Positions 18,131-29,318 of a stretch of DNA of 64,000 nucleotides are shown piece after piece. The position numbers and the translations under genes were made by a program. The first letter of the stretch is position 1. Each line of letters begins with the position of its first letter. The stretch is taken from assembly GCA_963833985.1 (NCBI GenBank), contig CAWIAD010000002.1, positions 384,001 through 448,000 of the forward strand, in the 5' to 3' direction. Source of the stretch: an uncultured Planctomycetaceae bacterium (GTDB lineage Bacteria; Planctomycetota; Planctomycetia; Isosphaerales; Isosphaeraceae). The notes beneath the pieces are model-generated. The model worked only from the letters and a program-made list of their open reading frames with translations. It ran no database searches and was not told the DNA's origin.

Positions 18131-20914
18131 CTACCGGTCTGCCGTCCCTGGCCTGCGAGGCGATCCCCGCGTTTTCAGGACGTACCAGTGCGTGCCCCGA
18201 CCAGAAGGCAGGCGAATGAAGAGAGACCCGTTTTGCAAAGCCGGCGTGCTCCGGCTTACGATCTTGCCGTCCGGGCCGAGCGCCAGGAGCTCCAGGGCCT
18301 CCGTACTCGTGTGCAGCTCGATGGTGCCGGTCACGGGCTCGGTGAGGAACGGCAGATGCTCAGGCGGTCGACCGGGCAAGAGCCGGCCCCTGTCGGTGGC
18401 CGGGCTTGGCCGAGCCTGGCCGATTGCGGTGATGAGGATGAACTGCGATGAGGCAAGCGGCAGGTCGTCGATGCTCGTGAGCGCCACGGCCGCCTTGCTG
18501 GTCGCGAAGGTGAAGGTGGCATCTTTCAAACGGATTGACTTGCCGCCAATCCAACCGCACGCCGCCTGGGTCCGTGGAGTGTCGATTGTCTGGAGCCCCG
18601 CAGTCCAGGAGCGGGTCAGCTCGCCCGTATCGGACTGCACGGACGACTGTCCAGCGGGAATGAAGTCATGGTTCGGGTCGGTCACAGCCACGACGTCTCC
18701 CGGGATCTCGGCGGGCCTCAGCCAGGGAAGCTCCTTGACCGCGGGCATGCCGATCGTCACATGGCTTTGCTCCAGCAGGGTGCGCAGGGTGGCCGTCCCT
18801 TCCTCGGGAGAGAGCATCGTCTCGAAGAGCTGCTGGGGCGAGAGCTTCAAGCAGTAAGCCTTGCGGGCCGGGCTGATGTGGCCCCGGCGAAAGGCGATCG
18901 CGGCCGCTGGCATCAGACCCGAGATTGCAGGATCATTAAAAGTCGACCACTTGTTGATCTGGTGGCGGCCGTCCTCGGGCCCGGGGCGTTGCAGCTCGAC
19001 CTGCGAGTAATTGTAGATCATGGGGGCGTCCCAGCCCTGAAGCGCGGCGATGCTGGCCACGTAAAGGGGGGCGATGAAGCGGTCGGGCTCGGGGTATGGG
19101 ACGTTCCACTCGGTGATGACCAGCGGTTTGCCCTGCACGTGGGCCGACGCTGCCCAGGTGAGGAAGTTGGCCACATATCGAGGATTGGCACTGAGGGCCT
19201 CGGACGTGCCGTAGGCGTGCACGTCGACCACGTCGCCGTCGGTGAGCGAGGGAACCGAGTAGAGCGCGTTCGACCCCCAGAGGTTGGTCGTGGCGATCAT
19301 GGATCTGAGCCCGTCGGCCCGCAGCGCGTCGATCATGGTGCTGTTGAACCGATGCTCCATCTCGGCCAGCAGGTACTTGCTCGGGCCAGGTTCCCAGGAG
19401 CGCCAGATCTTGCTGACGGGCAGTCCGGTGCTCCTGGCGAACGCCTCCATGGACCGGTCGTAGATCGCCTTGTGCACGGGGTTGTTATGATTCTCCAGGA
19501 ACGACAGGCCATAGTGAAAGCTCAGGTCGTTTTCGTTGGTGATCAGTACGCCGACAACCGCGGGATCGCGGTTGTACGCAAGCCCCGTGTACCTGTTAAC
19601 GTGCGTGAGGTACTGATGCTGAAATTCCTTCATGAGGGCGATGAGCTGTGAGTTGACGTAGTTGAAGCCCCAGAAGATACCCTTGGCCCGCGCGATCTCA
19701 CTGGCGCCCTGGGTCACGCCGTCGCCGGGCTTGAGCTCGCGGAGATAGTGCATGTCCAGCCAGACGTAGACGCCTTCGTCCTTCAGACACCGGATCCAGT
19801 AATCCATGGCGTCGAGCGATTTCCTGTCGAGATGCCGGGTGTCGCGCGTGTCACGGCCGAAGATGTTGGGGTTCACCCAGTTCGAATCGTGCTGGACGAT
19901 CCGCACCAGGTTGTAACCCAGCTGCGCGATCCGCCGCGCCTGCCGCGCGACGTTCTCGCGAGGAGTATTGAAGAGCACCGGACCGGACAGATTCGTGCCC
20001 CAGAACCGCACCGGCGTGCCGTCGTCGAAGACGAGGCTCTCTCCCTGGGGCTTTACGAACCCATGCTTGCCCGCGGGCCGGTCGCCGGCATTCAGGAACG
20101 ACAGGTCCACCGGCGACACATCCCAGGCCAGCGCGTCCTTGAACCAGGTCGGACCGGGCAAGGCGTAGCGCTCGCCGAACGTCGCGCGAATACGTGCGCC
20201 CTCGGGCAAGGTCACTCTCAGCCCGATGTGATCTCGACCGGGCCGGATGCGATCGCCGACATAACCGGTGCGGACTTCCTCTTTCTTGTCCTGATCGAAC
20301 AGGAGCTGTGCCAGGGGCCTGTCAAAGTGGACCATGAGCTGCTGGTCGGGAGCCACCTTCCAGCGCCAGCCGGTCCGGTCCAGGAGCAGCTTCGGTTCCT
20401 CGGCCTGGCCGCCGAATGAGGGGGAATCGGGCAGCAGCGTCCAGCTCATGCCTCCGCCGCCGATGCCGGAGTGCTCCTGGCTAGCCGTCACATCGAGATC
20501 GATGCGCAGCTCATGCGGCGAGATCGGCCGGGCCGAACCCCGCAGCTCGAGACCCAGGCTGGGGACTGCGCCGGTGAGCTCGACCCGGTCGCTGCGCCGC
20601 GGGCCAGCCCTGAACCGGACGTCAGCGGGTCTTCCTGCCTGGCCCCAGAAGCGGGTGAAACCCTTCGCCACCTGAACGCCCCGGTGACTGATGAGGATCA
20701 CCCCGACGTCAGGAATCGAGAGCGTCCACTCGGCATCGCCCGGATCCACGGCGAAGCTACTGCCGGCGGCCGCGTCAGAGCTTTGACCCTGCTTCACCTC
20801 CTGAGCCGGAGCAAGGGCCGACAGCCAGACATGACACAGGGCGAGCGTGCTGAGCAGGGCCAAGATTGAGCGGATTGGCGGTCTCATTCGGGAGGGTCCT
20901 GGTGTCGGACTCAT
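18131..20914 (-). CDS. Secreted clan-A glycoside hydrolase (GH5-like)
   Basis: Signal peptide; PAGKHGFV, VRFWGTN, LGYNLVR, HVNRYTG, ITNEND (acid/base) and VITEWN (nucleophile) motifs. Confidence 0.8.
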   Translation of the reverse strand: MSPTPGPSRMRPPIRSILALLSTLALCHVWLSALAPAQEVKQGQSSDAAAGSSFAVDPGDAEWTLSIPDVGVILISHRGVQVAKGFTRFWGQAGRPADVRFRAGPRRSDRVELTGAVPSLGLELRGSARPISPHELRIDLDVTASQEHSGIGGGGMSWTLLPDSPSFGGQAEEPKLLLDRTGWRWKVAPDQQLMVHFDRPLAQLLFDQDKKEEVRTGYVGDRIRPGRDHIGLRVTLPEGARIRATFGERYALPGPTWFKDALAWDVSPVDLSFLNAGDRPAGKHGFVKPQGESLVFDDGTPVRFWGTNLSGPVLFNTPRENVARQARRIAQLGYNLVRIVQHDSNWVNPNIFGRDTRDTRHLDRKSLDAMDYWIRCLKDEGVYVWLDMHYLRELKPGDGVTQGASEIARAKGIFWGFNYVNSQLIALMKEFQHQYLTHVNRYTGLAYNRDPAVVGVLITNENDLSFHYGLSFLENHNNPVHKAIYDRSMEAFARSTGLPVSKIWRSWEPGPSKYLLAEMEHRFNSTMIDALRADGLRSMIATTNLWGSNALYSVPSLTDGDVVDVHAYGTSEALSANPRYVANFLTWAASAHVQGKPLVITEWNVPYPEPDRFIAPLYVASIAALQGWDAPMIYNYSQVELQRPGPEDGRHQINKWSTFNDPAISGLMPAAAIAFRRGHISPARKAYCLKLSPQQLFETMLSPEEGTATLRTLLEQSHVTIGMPAVKELPWLRPAEIPGDVVAVTDPNHDFIPAGQSSVQSDTGELTRSWTAGLQTIDTPRTQAACGWIGGKSIRLKDATFTFATSKAAVALTSIDDLPLASSQFILITAIGQARPSPATDRGRLLPGRPPEHLPFLTEPVTGTIELHTSTEALELLALGPDGKIVSRSTPALQNGSLFIRLPSGRGTHWYVLKTRGSPRRPGTADR

Positions 20915-21129
20915 GTCGAGTTGCGGAGATCAAGGCGTGCAGGAGTCATGGTCGCATATGGCCCGCGACCGGCACAAGCCGGGGAGGGCCGCGACACGGC
21001 TGTCTGGCACTCTGAACGGGGCTGGCTGGGGTCCGGGCAGCGCGTGGGATCGCAAGCGGCGGGCGTGAAGCTCTGGGAATGGACAAGGTTTTGCCGCGCA
21101 CAGGCGCTCGAGGCGCAGCCGCCTGGCCA

Positions 21130-22590
21130 TCAAGCCCTGGCCAGTGCTTCAACCAGCCTGTCATTGGCGGTCTGCCAGCGGTACTGAGCCGCGATGCCGC
21201 GACCGAAATCAACGCGGCGACTGCATTCCTCGGGGTGGTCCAGCAGATCGCGCAGGGTGGCCGTGATGGCGTCCTGGCTTTCGGGATTGAAGTACCAGCC
21301 GGCAGCGCCGCCGATCTCCGGCAGCGCTGTGGAATCGGCCAGTGCAGCCGGTATCCCCTGTGCCATGGCCTCGACGACCGGGATGCCAAAGCTCTCGCAG
21401 AGCGAGGGGAAAACCAGGGCGGTGGCCTCGGCGTAGGCCGCGCGCAGGACCTTGCCCTGGCGATAGCCGGGCATGCGGACGATCGCCTTCCGGCCCAGCC
21501 GGGCGATCGCCTCGCGAAGCTGCCGAGCCTCGTCCTCGGCGCCGGTTCCCAGCAACACGAGTGCCAGGTCCCCAGCGCCGACTTCCGGCAGCGCGGCCGC
21601 GGCGTGAATCAGCCGCAGCAGGTTCTTGCGAGGTTGAAAATTGGCGACCGAGAGCAGATACGGCACCTGGGGTGGCAACGCCAGATCATCACGGACACGC
21701 GCGCGCTCACGGGCGCTGGCGGGCTCGAAGAAGAGGTCCTCGGCGCCGTTGGGAACGTGGGCCACGCGTCCATGGCAGCGGGGAAACGCCTCCACGAGCT
21801 GCCGGGTGTTGAATTGCGAGACGGAAAGGATCAGGTCCGCCTGACCAAACGCGGAAGCCAGCAAGTCGCGATTCTTGGGAGGCTGGAAACGCAGGTGCTG
21901 CAACACGTCATGGCTGGTGACGGCCCGGCGCATGCCGCGCGCGGGGACGGAGTACTCTGCCGGACAGTAAAGCCAGTCGGCCTGCCCGGCCAGCCATTCC
22001 ACAGGCGGCCAGGGCTTGAGGCGCCACCACCTCAGCAGGTCGCGCGTGCGTACCGGCAGCTCGCGGCGCGACAGCTGGTCCAGCGACTCCCAGTAGGCCA
22101 GCCCGTCGGGATGCGTGATCCGGCCGGAGATCAGGCGGAGCGCGATATCGCTGCGGCGGGACAGCCGCTCGAGCTGGGCCAGGGCATGCCGGGTGACACC
22201 GGTCGGCCCGTGGCAGGCGTCCATGTCGTACAGCATGATGATCCGCAGAGGCGCCGGCGGTGCCTTCCCTTCAGAGTCACGGGTGGCAGCCGGTTCGCTC
22301 TGGGGACTCGTCATACCTGGTCCGGTGGCGGCATCGTCGCGGTTGGACGGGGCGGAGATGTGGTGTTCCGCGCCATTGCGGGAAGGCGCTGGCCTGGGAA
22401 CATTCAGACTCTCGACGCGGGCGGCCGGTACGACCAGGGTCCCAGGCGATGGATCGGGCTCGCGTTGCGGCATCCTACCCCCAGGGCTCTTCTCTCCTCG
22501 GGCTGCGACAGTGCCGCCTTTGCTTCCTGCCCGGATGGAAGGGCTGCGTCGTCTGCCACCGTGTTCCGGTCGCTTTCGATCCAGTGACAA
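21130..22590 (-). CDS. GT4 (GT-B) glycosyltransferase
   Basis: PRKNL, LVFPSLCESFGIPVVEAMAQG and LPEIGG motifs. The N-terminal ~110 aa are disordered, so the start is uncertain. Confidence 0.9.
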   Translation of the reverse strand: MSLDRKRPEHGGRRRSPSIRAGSKGGTVAARGEKSPGGRMPQREPDPSPGTLVVPAARVESLNVPRPAPSRNGAEHHISAPSNRDDAATGPGMTSPQSEPAATRDSEGKAPPAPLRIIMLYDMDACHGPTGVTRHALAQLERLSRRSDIALRLISGRITHPDGLAYWESLDQLSRRELPVRTRDLLRWWRLKPWPPVEWLAGQADWLYCPAEYSVPARGMRRAVTSHDVLQHLRFQPPKNRDLLASAFGQADLILSVSQFNTRQLVEAFPRCHGRVAHVPNGAEDLFFEPASARERARVRDDLALPPQVPYLLSVANFQPRKNLLRLIHAAAALPEVGAGDLALVLLGTGAEDEARQLREAIARLGRKAIVRMPGYRQGKVLRAAYAEATALVFPSLCESFGIPVVEAMAQGIPAALADSTALPEIGGAAGWYFNPESQDAITATLRDLLDHPEECSRRVDFGRGIAAQYRWQTANDRLVEALARA

Positions 22591-22859
22591 ATCCCGATCC
22601 TAGGTCCAGTTCGCCAGACTGTCAATTGCAGCACAGGGTGGAGCGCTCTTGCGGCCCGATCCGTGCATGGCTTCTCTCTCGTGGGTGCATTGCGCAGGTG
22701 CGTCATTCTGCCTCTGGAAAACGTGGCTGCGTCCGACCGATCAAGCCATTCGTGCCGTCAAAGGAAATATTGCGGTCGCAGCATTTTTGCTTGACTCATC
22801 GTCGGGGTCGCTAGCAGCATGGAAATGTGACATCTGCGACCACGTCCGGGAGGTGAGCA

Positions 22860-23360
22860 ATGCTGGACACCATGCTGGATCAGTACAGCAAGGCCGTCGA
22901 ATCGACTTTGAAGCTTCAGCAGGAGATGCTCCGCAAGTGGACCGATGAGCTGGCGCCAACGACATCCGCGCCGGTAACTCCCGCTTCGCCGCCGGCGGGG
23001 CCAGCCGCCAGCGCAAGTGCGACCCTCCAGCCGATGGCGGCCTTGCACGAGCAACTCCAGGCCGCGCGGCAGAAGTGGGAAGAGGCCATTACCGAGATGC
23101 TCAACCGGCACCGTGAGACTCTGGACGAGCAGTACCGGGCCGGCATCCGCATCCTGGAAGACGCGTTCCGACTCGCCAAAGCGACAGACCACGAGGAGTT
23201 TCGCCGACTCAGCGAAGAACTCTGGCGGCGCAGCGTTGCAACCCTGGAGACGGCGGTCTCGTCGCAGGTGCACGACGCTCAGGCGACGTTCCAGAAATGG
23301 ATGGAAGTTACGGCAACGGGAATGAAGGAGTCGATGGAACAATTCCACGATAAGAGCTAA
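22860..23360 (+). CDS. All-helical hypothetical protein (phasin-like)
   Basis: SD GGAGGT upstream; amphipathic helices with a Pro/Ala linker. Confidence 0.65.
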   Translation: MLDTMLDQYSKAVESTLKLQQEMLRKWTDELAPTTSAPVTPASPPAGPAASASATLQPMAALHEQLQAARQKWEEAITEMLNRHRETLDEQYRAGIRILEDAFRLAKATDHEEFRRLSEELWRRSVATLETAVSSQVHDAQATFQKWMEVTATGMKESMEQFHDKS

Positions 23361-23514
23361 TCGCGGAGCACTCCGGCAACCGAACCGGATAAGGGGGAAT
23401 CGCCTCACGTCTCGAGGCGGGCCGTCCCGCGCGGGCTCCCGGTCAGGGTCTCCGGTGCTGCCTGAAGACTGTACCGGAGCACGGCGTCCTGGTTACAAAC
23501 ATGCAGGCCTTTGC

Positions 23515-25139
23515 ATGATGAGAACCATGATGATGAAGTCCGACCAGATGGACAGGGAACACCCGGAGCCCCGCTTGCGACTGCGCTGGCTTCCATGGTT
23601 GCTGATCTCCGGCGTCATGCTGGTACCCGGAGGTGAATTCGCCAGGGCGGCCGGCGCCGGGTCACCGGGGCAGCGCGGCAGCCTTTTCTCCGCCGAAGAA
23701 CGCGCCACGCTGATGCAGTACGCCCGGGATACCTGGCGCGGCTTTGACCGGCTGCTGTTACCCAGCAGCCTGCCGGCCGACGGCCTGCGACGCAATGGCG
23801 ACGGCTGGTCCGCCCCCTGGATGCAGACCTCGCCAACGAATATTGCCGCCTACCTGTGGAGTGTCCTCGCCGCCGAGCGTCTTCATCTGATCAGCGCAGC
23901 GGAGGCCCGCCTGCGGCTTGACCGGACGCTCTTGACCCTGGCCCGGATGGAGCGCCTGCACGGGTTCTTCGTGAACGAGCTCGACCCGCGTACCGGTGCC
24001 ATCTTGAAACTCTCCGCATTCGACTCCAGGCCGCCCCGGCTACGCATCTCGGCCATCGATAACGCCTGGCTTGCGGTCGCGCTGACGATGGTTGCCAACA
24101 CCCAGCCATCGCTTCGAGACCGCGCCGGAAGCTTCTGGAACCAATGGATTTCCGCTTCTTTTACGATGCCTATGACGTGGCGGATCCGGTCGGGCATCCC
24201 GGCCAGTTGCACGTGGGCTTCCGGCCCCGCGAGAAGGTCTACTACGGCCATTACGGGTTGCTCAACACCGAGGCGCGGATTGCCAGTTACCTTTCGATTG
24301 CGCACGGCCAGCTTCCGCCCGAGCATTACTACCGGCTCTACCGGACCCTTCCCGAGGGGCTGGCTGCGCAGACTCAGAAACCGCGGGGCGAGATCCGCAA
24401 GTACCGGGGAATCTCGGTCTTCGAGGGCCATTACGACCATCTCGGCGCGCACCTGGTCCCAAGCTGGGGGGGAAGCATGTTCGAGGCCCTGATGGTCACG
24501 CTCTTCGTACCCGAAGATCTGTGGGCGCCCCGGAGCTGGGGAATGAACCACCCACTGTACGTGCAGGCTCAAATCAAGCACGGGGTGCAGGAAACGGGCT
24601 ACCGATATTGGGGGTTCTCACCGGCCGCCAGCCCCAGAGGCGGTTACCAGGTCTACGGCGTGAAGGCCCTGGGCACGTACAGCCAGGGCTACTTCTCGCA
24701 CGAGGTCGGCCCGCCCATCCTCACGCCGGTGGGGTCGCGTCCCAGCAATTCGTTGCACGTGGTCGTCACTCCGCACGCCTCTTTCCTGGCCCTGCGGTAT
24801 GCCCCGCACGAGGCGGTCGCCAACCTCCGCGCTCTCGCCGTCGCCTTCCCGATCTACAGCACGCTGGGCTTCCAGGATTCTGTCGACGTCTCGGTGGGCG
24901 TTGTGGCCGGCTGCATCCTGACTCTCGACCAGGGAATGACCATGGCGGCAATCGCCAATGCGCTGGCCGACGATGCCTTGCAGCACGCCTTTTGCGATGG
25001 CGCCGTCGAGCAGAGTATCCGCCCGCTCATTGCTGCCGAGGAGTTTTCCGCCGGGCCCCCCAGAGAACTTGCGAACGTGCAGCAACAGCCGTTGCACGAA
25101 GACCATCAGCCCGAGGTGAAGAGCAGCTCCGCACGCTGA
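23515..25139 (+). CDS. DUF3131 / glycoamylase-like (alpha/alpha)6 glycoside hydrolase; apparent frameshift ~24132
   Basis: YARDTW, LPAD, TSPTNIAAYL and SAIDNAWL in ORF 23455 continue into MDFRFFYD...SWGGSMFEALM...WGFS...TPHASFLAL...LDQGM in ORF 24144. Start uncertain. Confidence 0.8.
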
Positions 25140-25277
25140 CGGGCGAGGCTCCCAGGGCTGGCCTGAAAACGCGCACATCCCGGCGATCACGCCGGCAGCC
25201 CGGCCCTCTCCGTGAGCTCGTGAAAGGATCGAGCGGTCCCGGCTGCTCATCCGGGTCGTCTGTGCGAGGCAAGACCG

Positions 25278-26651
25278 ATGACGTCGAAATCGCTACCCAG
25301 AGTGTTCATCGTTGGCGGAGGCTTTGCCGGGCTGGCGGCGGCGCGGTCGCTGGCGGCGGCCCCGGTCGAGCTCACCGTCGTCGACCGCCGCAATCATCAC
25401 GTCTTCCAGCCGCTCCTCTACCAGGTTGCCACGGCCTCGCTCTCGCCGGCGGAGATCTCCGCGCCGATCCGGAAGATACTCCGCGGTCAGAAGAACTGCC
25501 AGGTCGCGATGGCCGAGATCCTGGGAGTGGATACGGCGCATCAGCACCTGATGGTCCCCGGCGGCCGCTTTCGCTACGACTACCTCATTCTTGCCGCAGG
25601 CGCCACGCACGCCTATTTCGGCCATGAGGAATGGGCTGCGCTCGCGCCAGGGCTGAAGAGCATCGAAGACGCGACCACGCTCCGCCGGCGCATTCTGCTG
25701 GCGTTCGAGTCGGCCGAATACGAGGGCAACGACGAGGCACGGCAGGCGGCCTTGACTTTTGGGATCGTCGGCGGCGGCCCGACCGGCGTCGAGCTCGCCG
25801 GGGCAATCAAGGAGATCGCCGGACAGACCATCCCCAAGGACTACAAGTACATCGACACGCGGACGACGCGGGTGATCATCTTCGAGGGCGGCGACCGCCT
25901 GCTGGGCCAGTTCCCGCCCGAGCTCAGCGCGCGGGCCCAGCGCGACCTCGAGCGCATGGGCGTGGAGGTGCATCTGGACACCCGCGTGACCGACGTCACG
26001 CCTCACGGAGTCATGGTCGGCGGCCAGTTCATCCCGGTGCGCAACGTGTTCTGGGCTGCCGGCGTGAAGGCCAGTCCGCTGGCGCAGACGCTCGGCGTTC
26101 CACTCGATCGCGCCGGGCGGGTCATCGTGGGCCCCGACCTGACGATTCCCGGCCACCCCGAGGTCTTCATCACAGGCGACCTGGCAGCCGCGAACTCGGC
26201 CGATACCGGCAAGCCCGTCCCCGGCGTGGCCCAGGGGGCCATCCAGATGGGACGTTACGCGGGCAAGATCATCGCGCGTGCGGTCGAAGGCAGGTCGACG
26301 GCTGCGGACCGTCCACCGTTCGTGTACCGCGACAAGGGCTCGATGGCCGTCATCGGCAAGGCCAAGGCCGTCGCACAGCTCGGCAGGCTGAAGCTCGGCG
26401 GCTTTCCCGCCTGGCTGCTCTGGGGCGGTGTTCACATCGCGTTCCTGATCGGGTTCCGCAACCGCATCCAGGTCCTTCTGAGCTGGTTCTGGAACTGGCT
26501 GCTGAACGCCCGCGACGCGCGCCTGATCACCGGAGAGGCTCACATCGACGTGAGGGTCCCGCGCCCGCCGGAGTTCATTCCGGACCCGGTGGCGCGCCCG
26601 GCTCCCGCAGCAGCCACTGACGCGGACGGTGCGAACACGGAATCTCGATGA
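25278..26651 (+). CDS. ndh: Type II NADH:quinone oxidoreductase
   Basis: IVGGGFAGL, NHHVFQPLLYQVAT, GGGPTGVELAG, WAAGV and YRDKGSMA motifs. Confidence 0.92.
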   Translation: MTSKSLPRVFIVGGGFAGLAAARSLAAAPVELTVVDRRNHHVFQPLLYQVATASLSPAEISAPIRKILRGQKNCQVAMAEILGVDTAHQHLMVPGGRFRYDYLILAAGATHAYFGHEEWAALAPGLKSIEDATTLRRRILLAFESAEYEGNDEARQAALTFGIVGGGPTGVELAGAIKEIAGQTIPKDYKYIDTRTTRVIIFEGGDRLLGQFPPELSARAQRDLERMGVEVHLDTRVTDVTPHGVMVGGQFIPVRNVFWAAGVKASPLAQTLGVPLDRAGRVIVGPDLTIPGHPEVFITGDLAAANSADTGKPVPGVAQGAIQMGRYAGKIIARAVEGRSTAADRPPFVYRDKGSMAVIGKAKAVAQLGRLKLGGFPAWLLWGGVHIAFLIGFRNRIQVLLSWFWNWLLNARDARLITGEAHIDVRVPRPPEFIPDPVARPAPAAATDADGANTESR

Positions 26652-26752
26652 CGGTTACACCGAGACTCGATTTTTTCTTGAGGACTGGTGGCCGAAGCCC
26701 ACCGAAACGCATTTCTCCACGCATGCATTGTGATCGGGTCGAATCCCCAGGG

Positions 26753-26780
26753 TTGACAGGAATGCCGGGTACGTTAGACT
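26753..26780 (+). promoter_or_regulatory. Candidate sigma70 promoter of rpsL-rpsG
   Basis: Perfect TTGACA, 16-nt spacer, then TAGACT, ~257 nt upstream of the rpsL ATG. Confidence 0.55.
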
Positions 26781-27037
26781 GGTAGCTTCGCCACCGCAGC
26801 GACTGCGTGCGAATCATGACCGGTCGTGGCGGTCGGGAGCGATCCAGACGATCCTCCACGCCGGGTGGACGGCGGTGGATCGGATCGCTGCATACGCCCT
26901 GCGGCATCGCCGTGAGGGCCGTCTTCACATTGCCGGGAGTTTCCCTGTCGACAAGGGATGCCCGGGCGCGGAACCGGTCAGGGCCTGGAGCCCCGTATTT
27001 GATTCAGCGGCTCCGGGGTAAGGGAAACGACGGACTC

Positions 27038-27433
27038 ATGCCCACGATCAATCAGCTCGTTCGGAAGCCGCGCAGGCCTGTCCAGTACAAGACCAAGGCC
27101 CCGGTGCTGGAGTCTTGCCCGTTCAAGCGGGGGGTTTGCCTCCAGGTCAAGACGATGACCCCGAAGAAGCCCAATTCCGCACTGCGCAAGGTCGCCAGGG
27201 TACGGCTCTCCAATAGCAAGGAGATCACGGCCTACATCGGCGGTGAAGGGCATAACCTTCAGGAACACTCGATCGTCCTGGTACGGGGCGGTCGCGTGCG
27301 CGATTTGCCTGGCGTCCGCTATCATATCGTCCGCGGCGTGCTTGACTGCCAGGGCGTGGCCGACCGCAAGCAGGCGCGCTCGAAGTACGGCGCTCAGAAA
27401 AAGAAGGCAGCGGCCCCGGCAAAGAAGAAGTGA
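27038..27433 (+). CDS. rpsL: 30S ribosomal protein S12
   Basis: [10 protein letters not shown]...[17 protein letters not shown]...[10 protein letters not shown]...[10 protein letters not shown]. Confidence 0.99.
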   Translation: MPTINQLVRKPRRPVQYKTKAPVLESCPFKRGVCLQVKTMTPKKPNSALRKVARVRLSNSKEITAYIGGEGHNLQEHSIVLVRGGRVRDLPGVRYHIVRGVLDCQGVADRKQARSKYGAQKKKAAAPAKKK

Positions 27434-27494
27434 GCGGCACACCCGGATTACCGGAAGGAAACCTTTTCGATCACCTGCCCAGGGATAGATTTTT

Positions 27495-27968
27495 ATGGCC
27501 CGCAAGTTCACCGCCAGCAAGACCCACCTTCGTCCCGACCCGAGGTACGGCTCGAAGCTGGCCGGCAAGTTCATCAACTGCGTGATGCACAACGGCAAGA
27601 AGAGCGTGGCCCAGCGCATCTTCTACGATGCGATGGAGCTGATCCACAAGCGGCTGCCCAATGAAGAGCCGGTCGATGTGTTCACTCGCGCCGTCGAGAA
27701 CGTCAAGCCGATCATCGAGGTCCGCTCCAAGCGCGTCGGCGGGGCCACCTACCAGGTTCCCATGCAGGTGAACAAGACACGGCAGCAGACCCTGTCGATC
27801 CGCTGGTTGCTCATGGCGGCCCGCGAGAAAAAGGGCCGGCCCATGGCCGTGAAACTGGCGGACGAGCTGATCGCCGCGTACAACCGCGAAGGTGCCGCGA
27901 TCACTCGCCGTGAAAACGTGCACCGCATGGCCGACGCCAACAAGGCGTTCGCCCATTTCGCGTGGTGA
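27495..27968 (+). CDS. rpsG: 30S ribosomal protein S7
   Basis: GKKSVAQRI...[15 protein letters not shown]...[15 protein letters not shown]. Confidence 0.99.
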   Translation: MARKFTASKTHLRPDPRYGSKLAGKFINCVMHNGKKSVAQRIFYDAMELIHKRLPNEEPVDVFTRAVENVKPIIEVRSKRVGGATYQVPMQVNKTRQQTLSIRWLLMAAREKKGRPMAVKLADELIAAYNREGAAITRRENVHRMADANKAFAHFAW

Positions 27969-28016
27969 GATCCGGTCGCTCCGTCTGGTGGACTGCGCGC
28001 GACATCCAGGGCTTCC

Positions 28017-29318
28017 ATGCCCCAAGATCCGCTTCACGTACTCTGGGTTGAGCCCGAGTTCCCCGGCAGGCTCGGGGCCGTCGCCGACTGGCTCGTGCGG
28101 CATCGCGGGTATCGCTGCTGGTTCTATTGCCATGGCGCCGCTCCACGCGAACACTGGCCCCCCTCGGCGGGACACGGGCTCGAAGTGCAACTCTTCGGGG
28201 TCGGCGGCGTGGCTCGCGAGCCGGCAGTGGCCTGGACGCGTGCCCTCGAGCGTGGACTCTGCTACGCGTACGGCTGCTGGGAAGTCCTGGAAGCGCGCCG
28301 GCCGCGACCCATCGATCTGATCGTCGGACGCTCTGCCGGTCTCGGCTCTGCGCTCTTCACGCCCGTCCACGCGCCCGCTCCGCCATGCATCAACTTCTTT
28401 GATTACTACTATCACCCTCGCCAGAACGACCTGGCCCCCGAGATCGCCCCTGCCGCGCCACCCGGCTACGTGCACTGGAGAAGGTCGGCCAACGCCGTCG
28501 AACTTCTGGACCTGGAGCATTGCGACCAGGCGTGGACGCCCACGAACTGGCAGCGCCACCTGTTTCCGGCCGAGTATCGCGATGACCTCTGGGTTCAGCA
28601 TGACGGCATCGCCACGGAGACGGCGGGCGACCGCCAGATGCATGCGCGTCGATCGGTCCCTCGGACGCTCGCCGGCCGGAGCGTGCCCGAAGGCGTGACC
28701 CTCGTCAGTTTCGTGGCGCGGTCGCTCGACCGGCTCCGGGGCTTTGACCGGTTCTGGCACGCGTCCAACGCCTTACTCCGTGAGCGCTCCGACGTGGTGT
28801 TCGTGATCGTGGGCAATGCGATCGTGCAGCGCGGGCTTGATATCGAGTTTCACAACCGTGACTATCCGGCTCTGCTGCGCCTGAACGCCCCGCCGGTGGA
28901 CCCGGATCGATTCTGGTTCCTTGGCCAGACCACTCCTGATGTCGTCGCGGACGTCCTGGCCGCCAGCGATCTGCACCTGGCTCCTGGCCGGCCGTACCCG
29001 CTCTCGCGGTCGCTCCTGGAAGCGATGGGCGCAGGATGCATCGTTCTGGCCTCGGACACGGTGCCCCATCGCGAGGTCATCCGTCACGGACAGAACGGGC
29101 TGCTCGCCGATGAGGGCGATCCGGACGACCTTTTCCTCCAGCTTCGCAGCGTGCTGAACGACCTGCCGGCGCACCGAAGCCTGGCCAGCGCGGCTGCTGA
29201 ACTTGTCCGCAACCGTTATGCACGCGACGTCTGCCTGCCTGCCGTCGCGGACAGGTTCTGCACGCTGGCGGGCGCACGGCGCGGAGGTGATGGCCATGCA
29301 TGTGCTCTTCCTGCATGA
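28017..29318 (+). CDS. GT4 glycosyltransferase
   Basis: HVLWVEPEFPG, PTNWQ...FP, HDGI, ARSLDRLRGFD and LLEAMGAG motifs. Confidence 0.85.
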   Translation: MPQDPLHVLWVEPEFPGRLGAVADWLVRHRGYRCWFYCHGAAPREHWPPSAGHGLEVQLFGVGGVAREPAVAWTRALERGLCYAYGCWEVLEARRPRPIDLIVGRSAGLGSALFTPVHAPAPPCINFFDYYYHPRQNDLAPEIAPAAPPGYVHWRRSANAVELLDLEHCDQAWTPTNWQRHLFPAEYRDDLWVQHDGIATETAGDRQMHARRSVPRTLAGRSVPEGVTLVSFVARSLDRLRGFDRFWHASNALLRERSDVVFVIVGNAIVQRGLDIEFHNRDYPALLRLNAPPVDPDRFWFLGQTTPDVVADVLAASDLHLAPGRPYPLSRSLLEAMGAGCIVLASDTVPHREVIRHGQNGLLADEGDPDDLFLQLRSVLNDLPAHRSLASAAAELVRNRYARDVCLPAVADRFCTLAGARRGGDGHACALPA

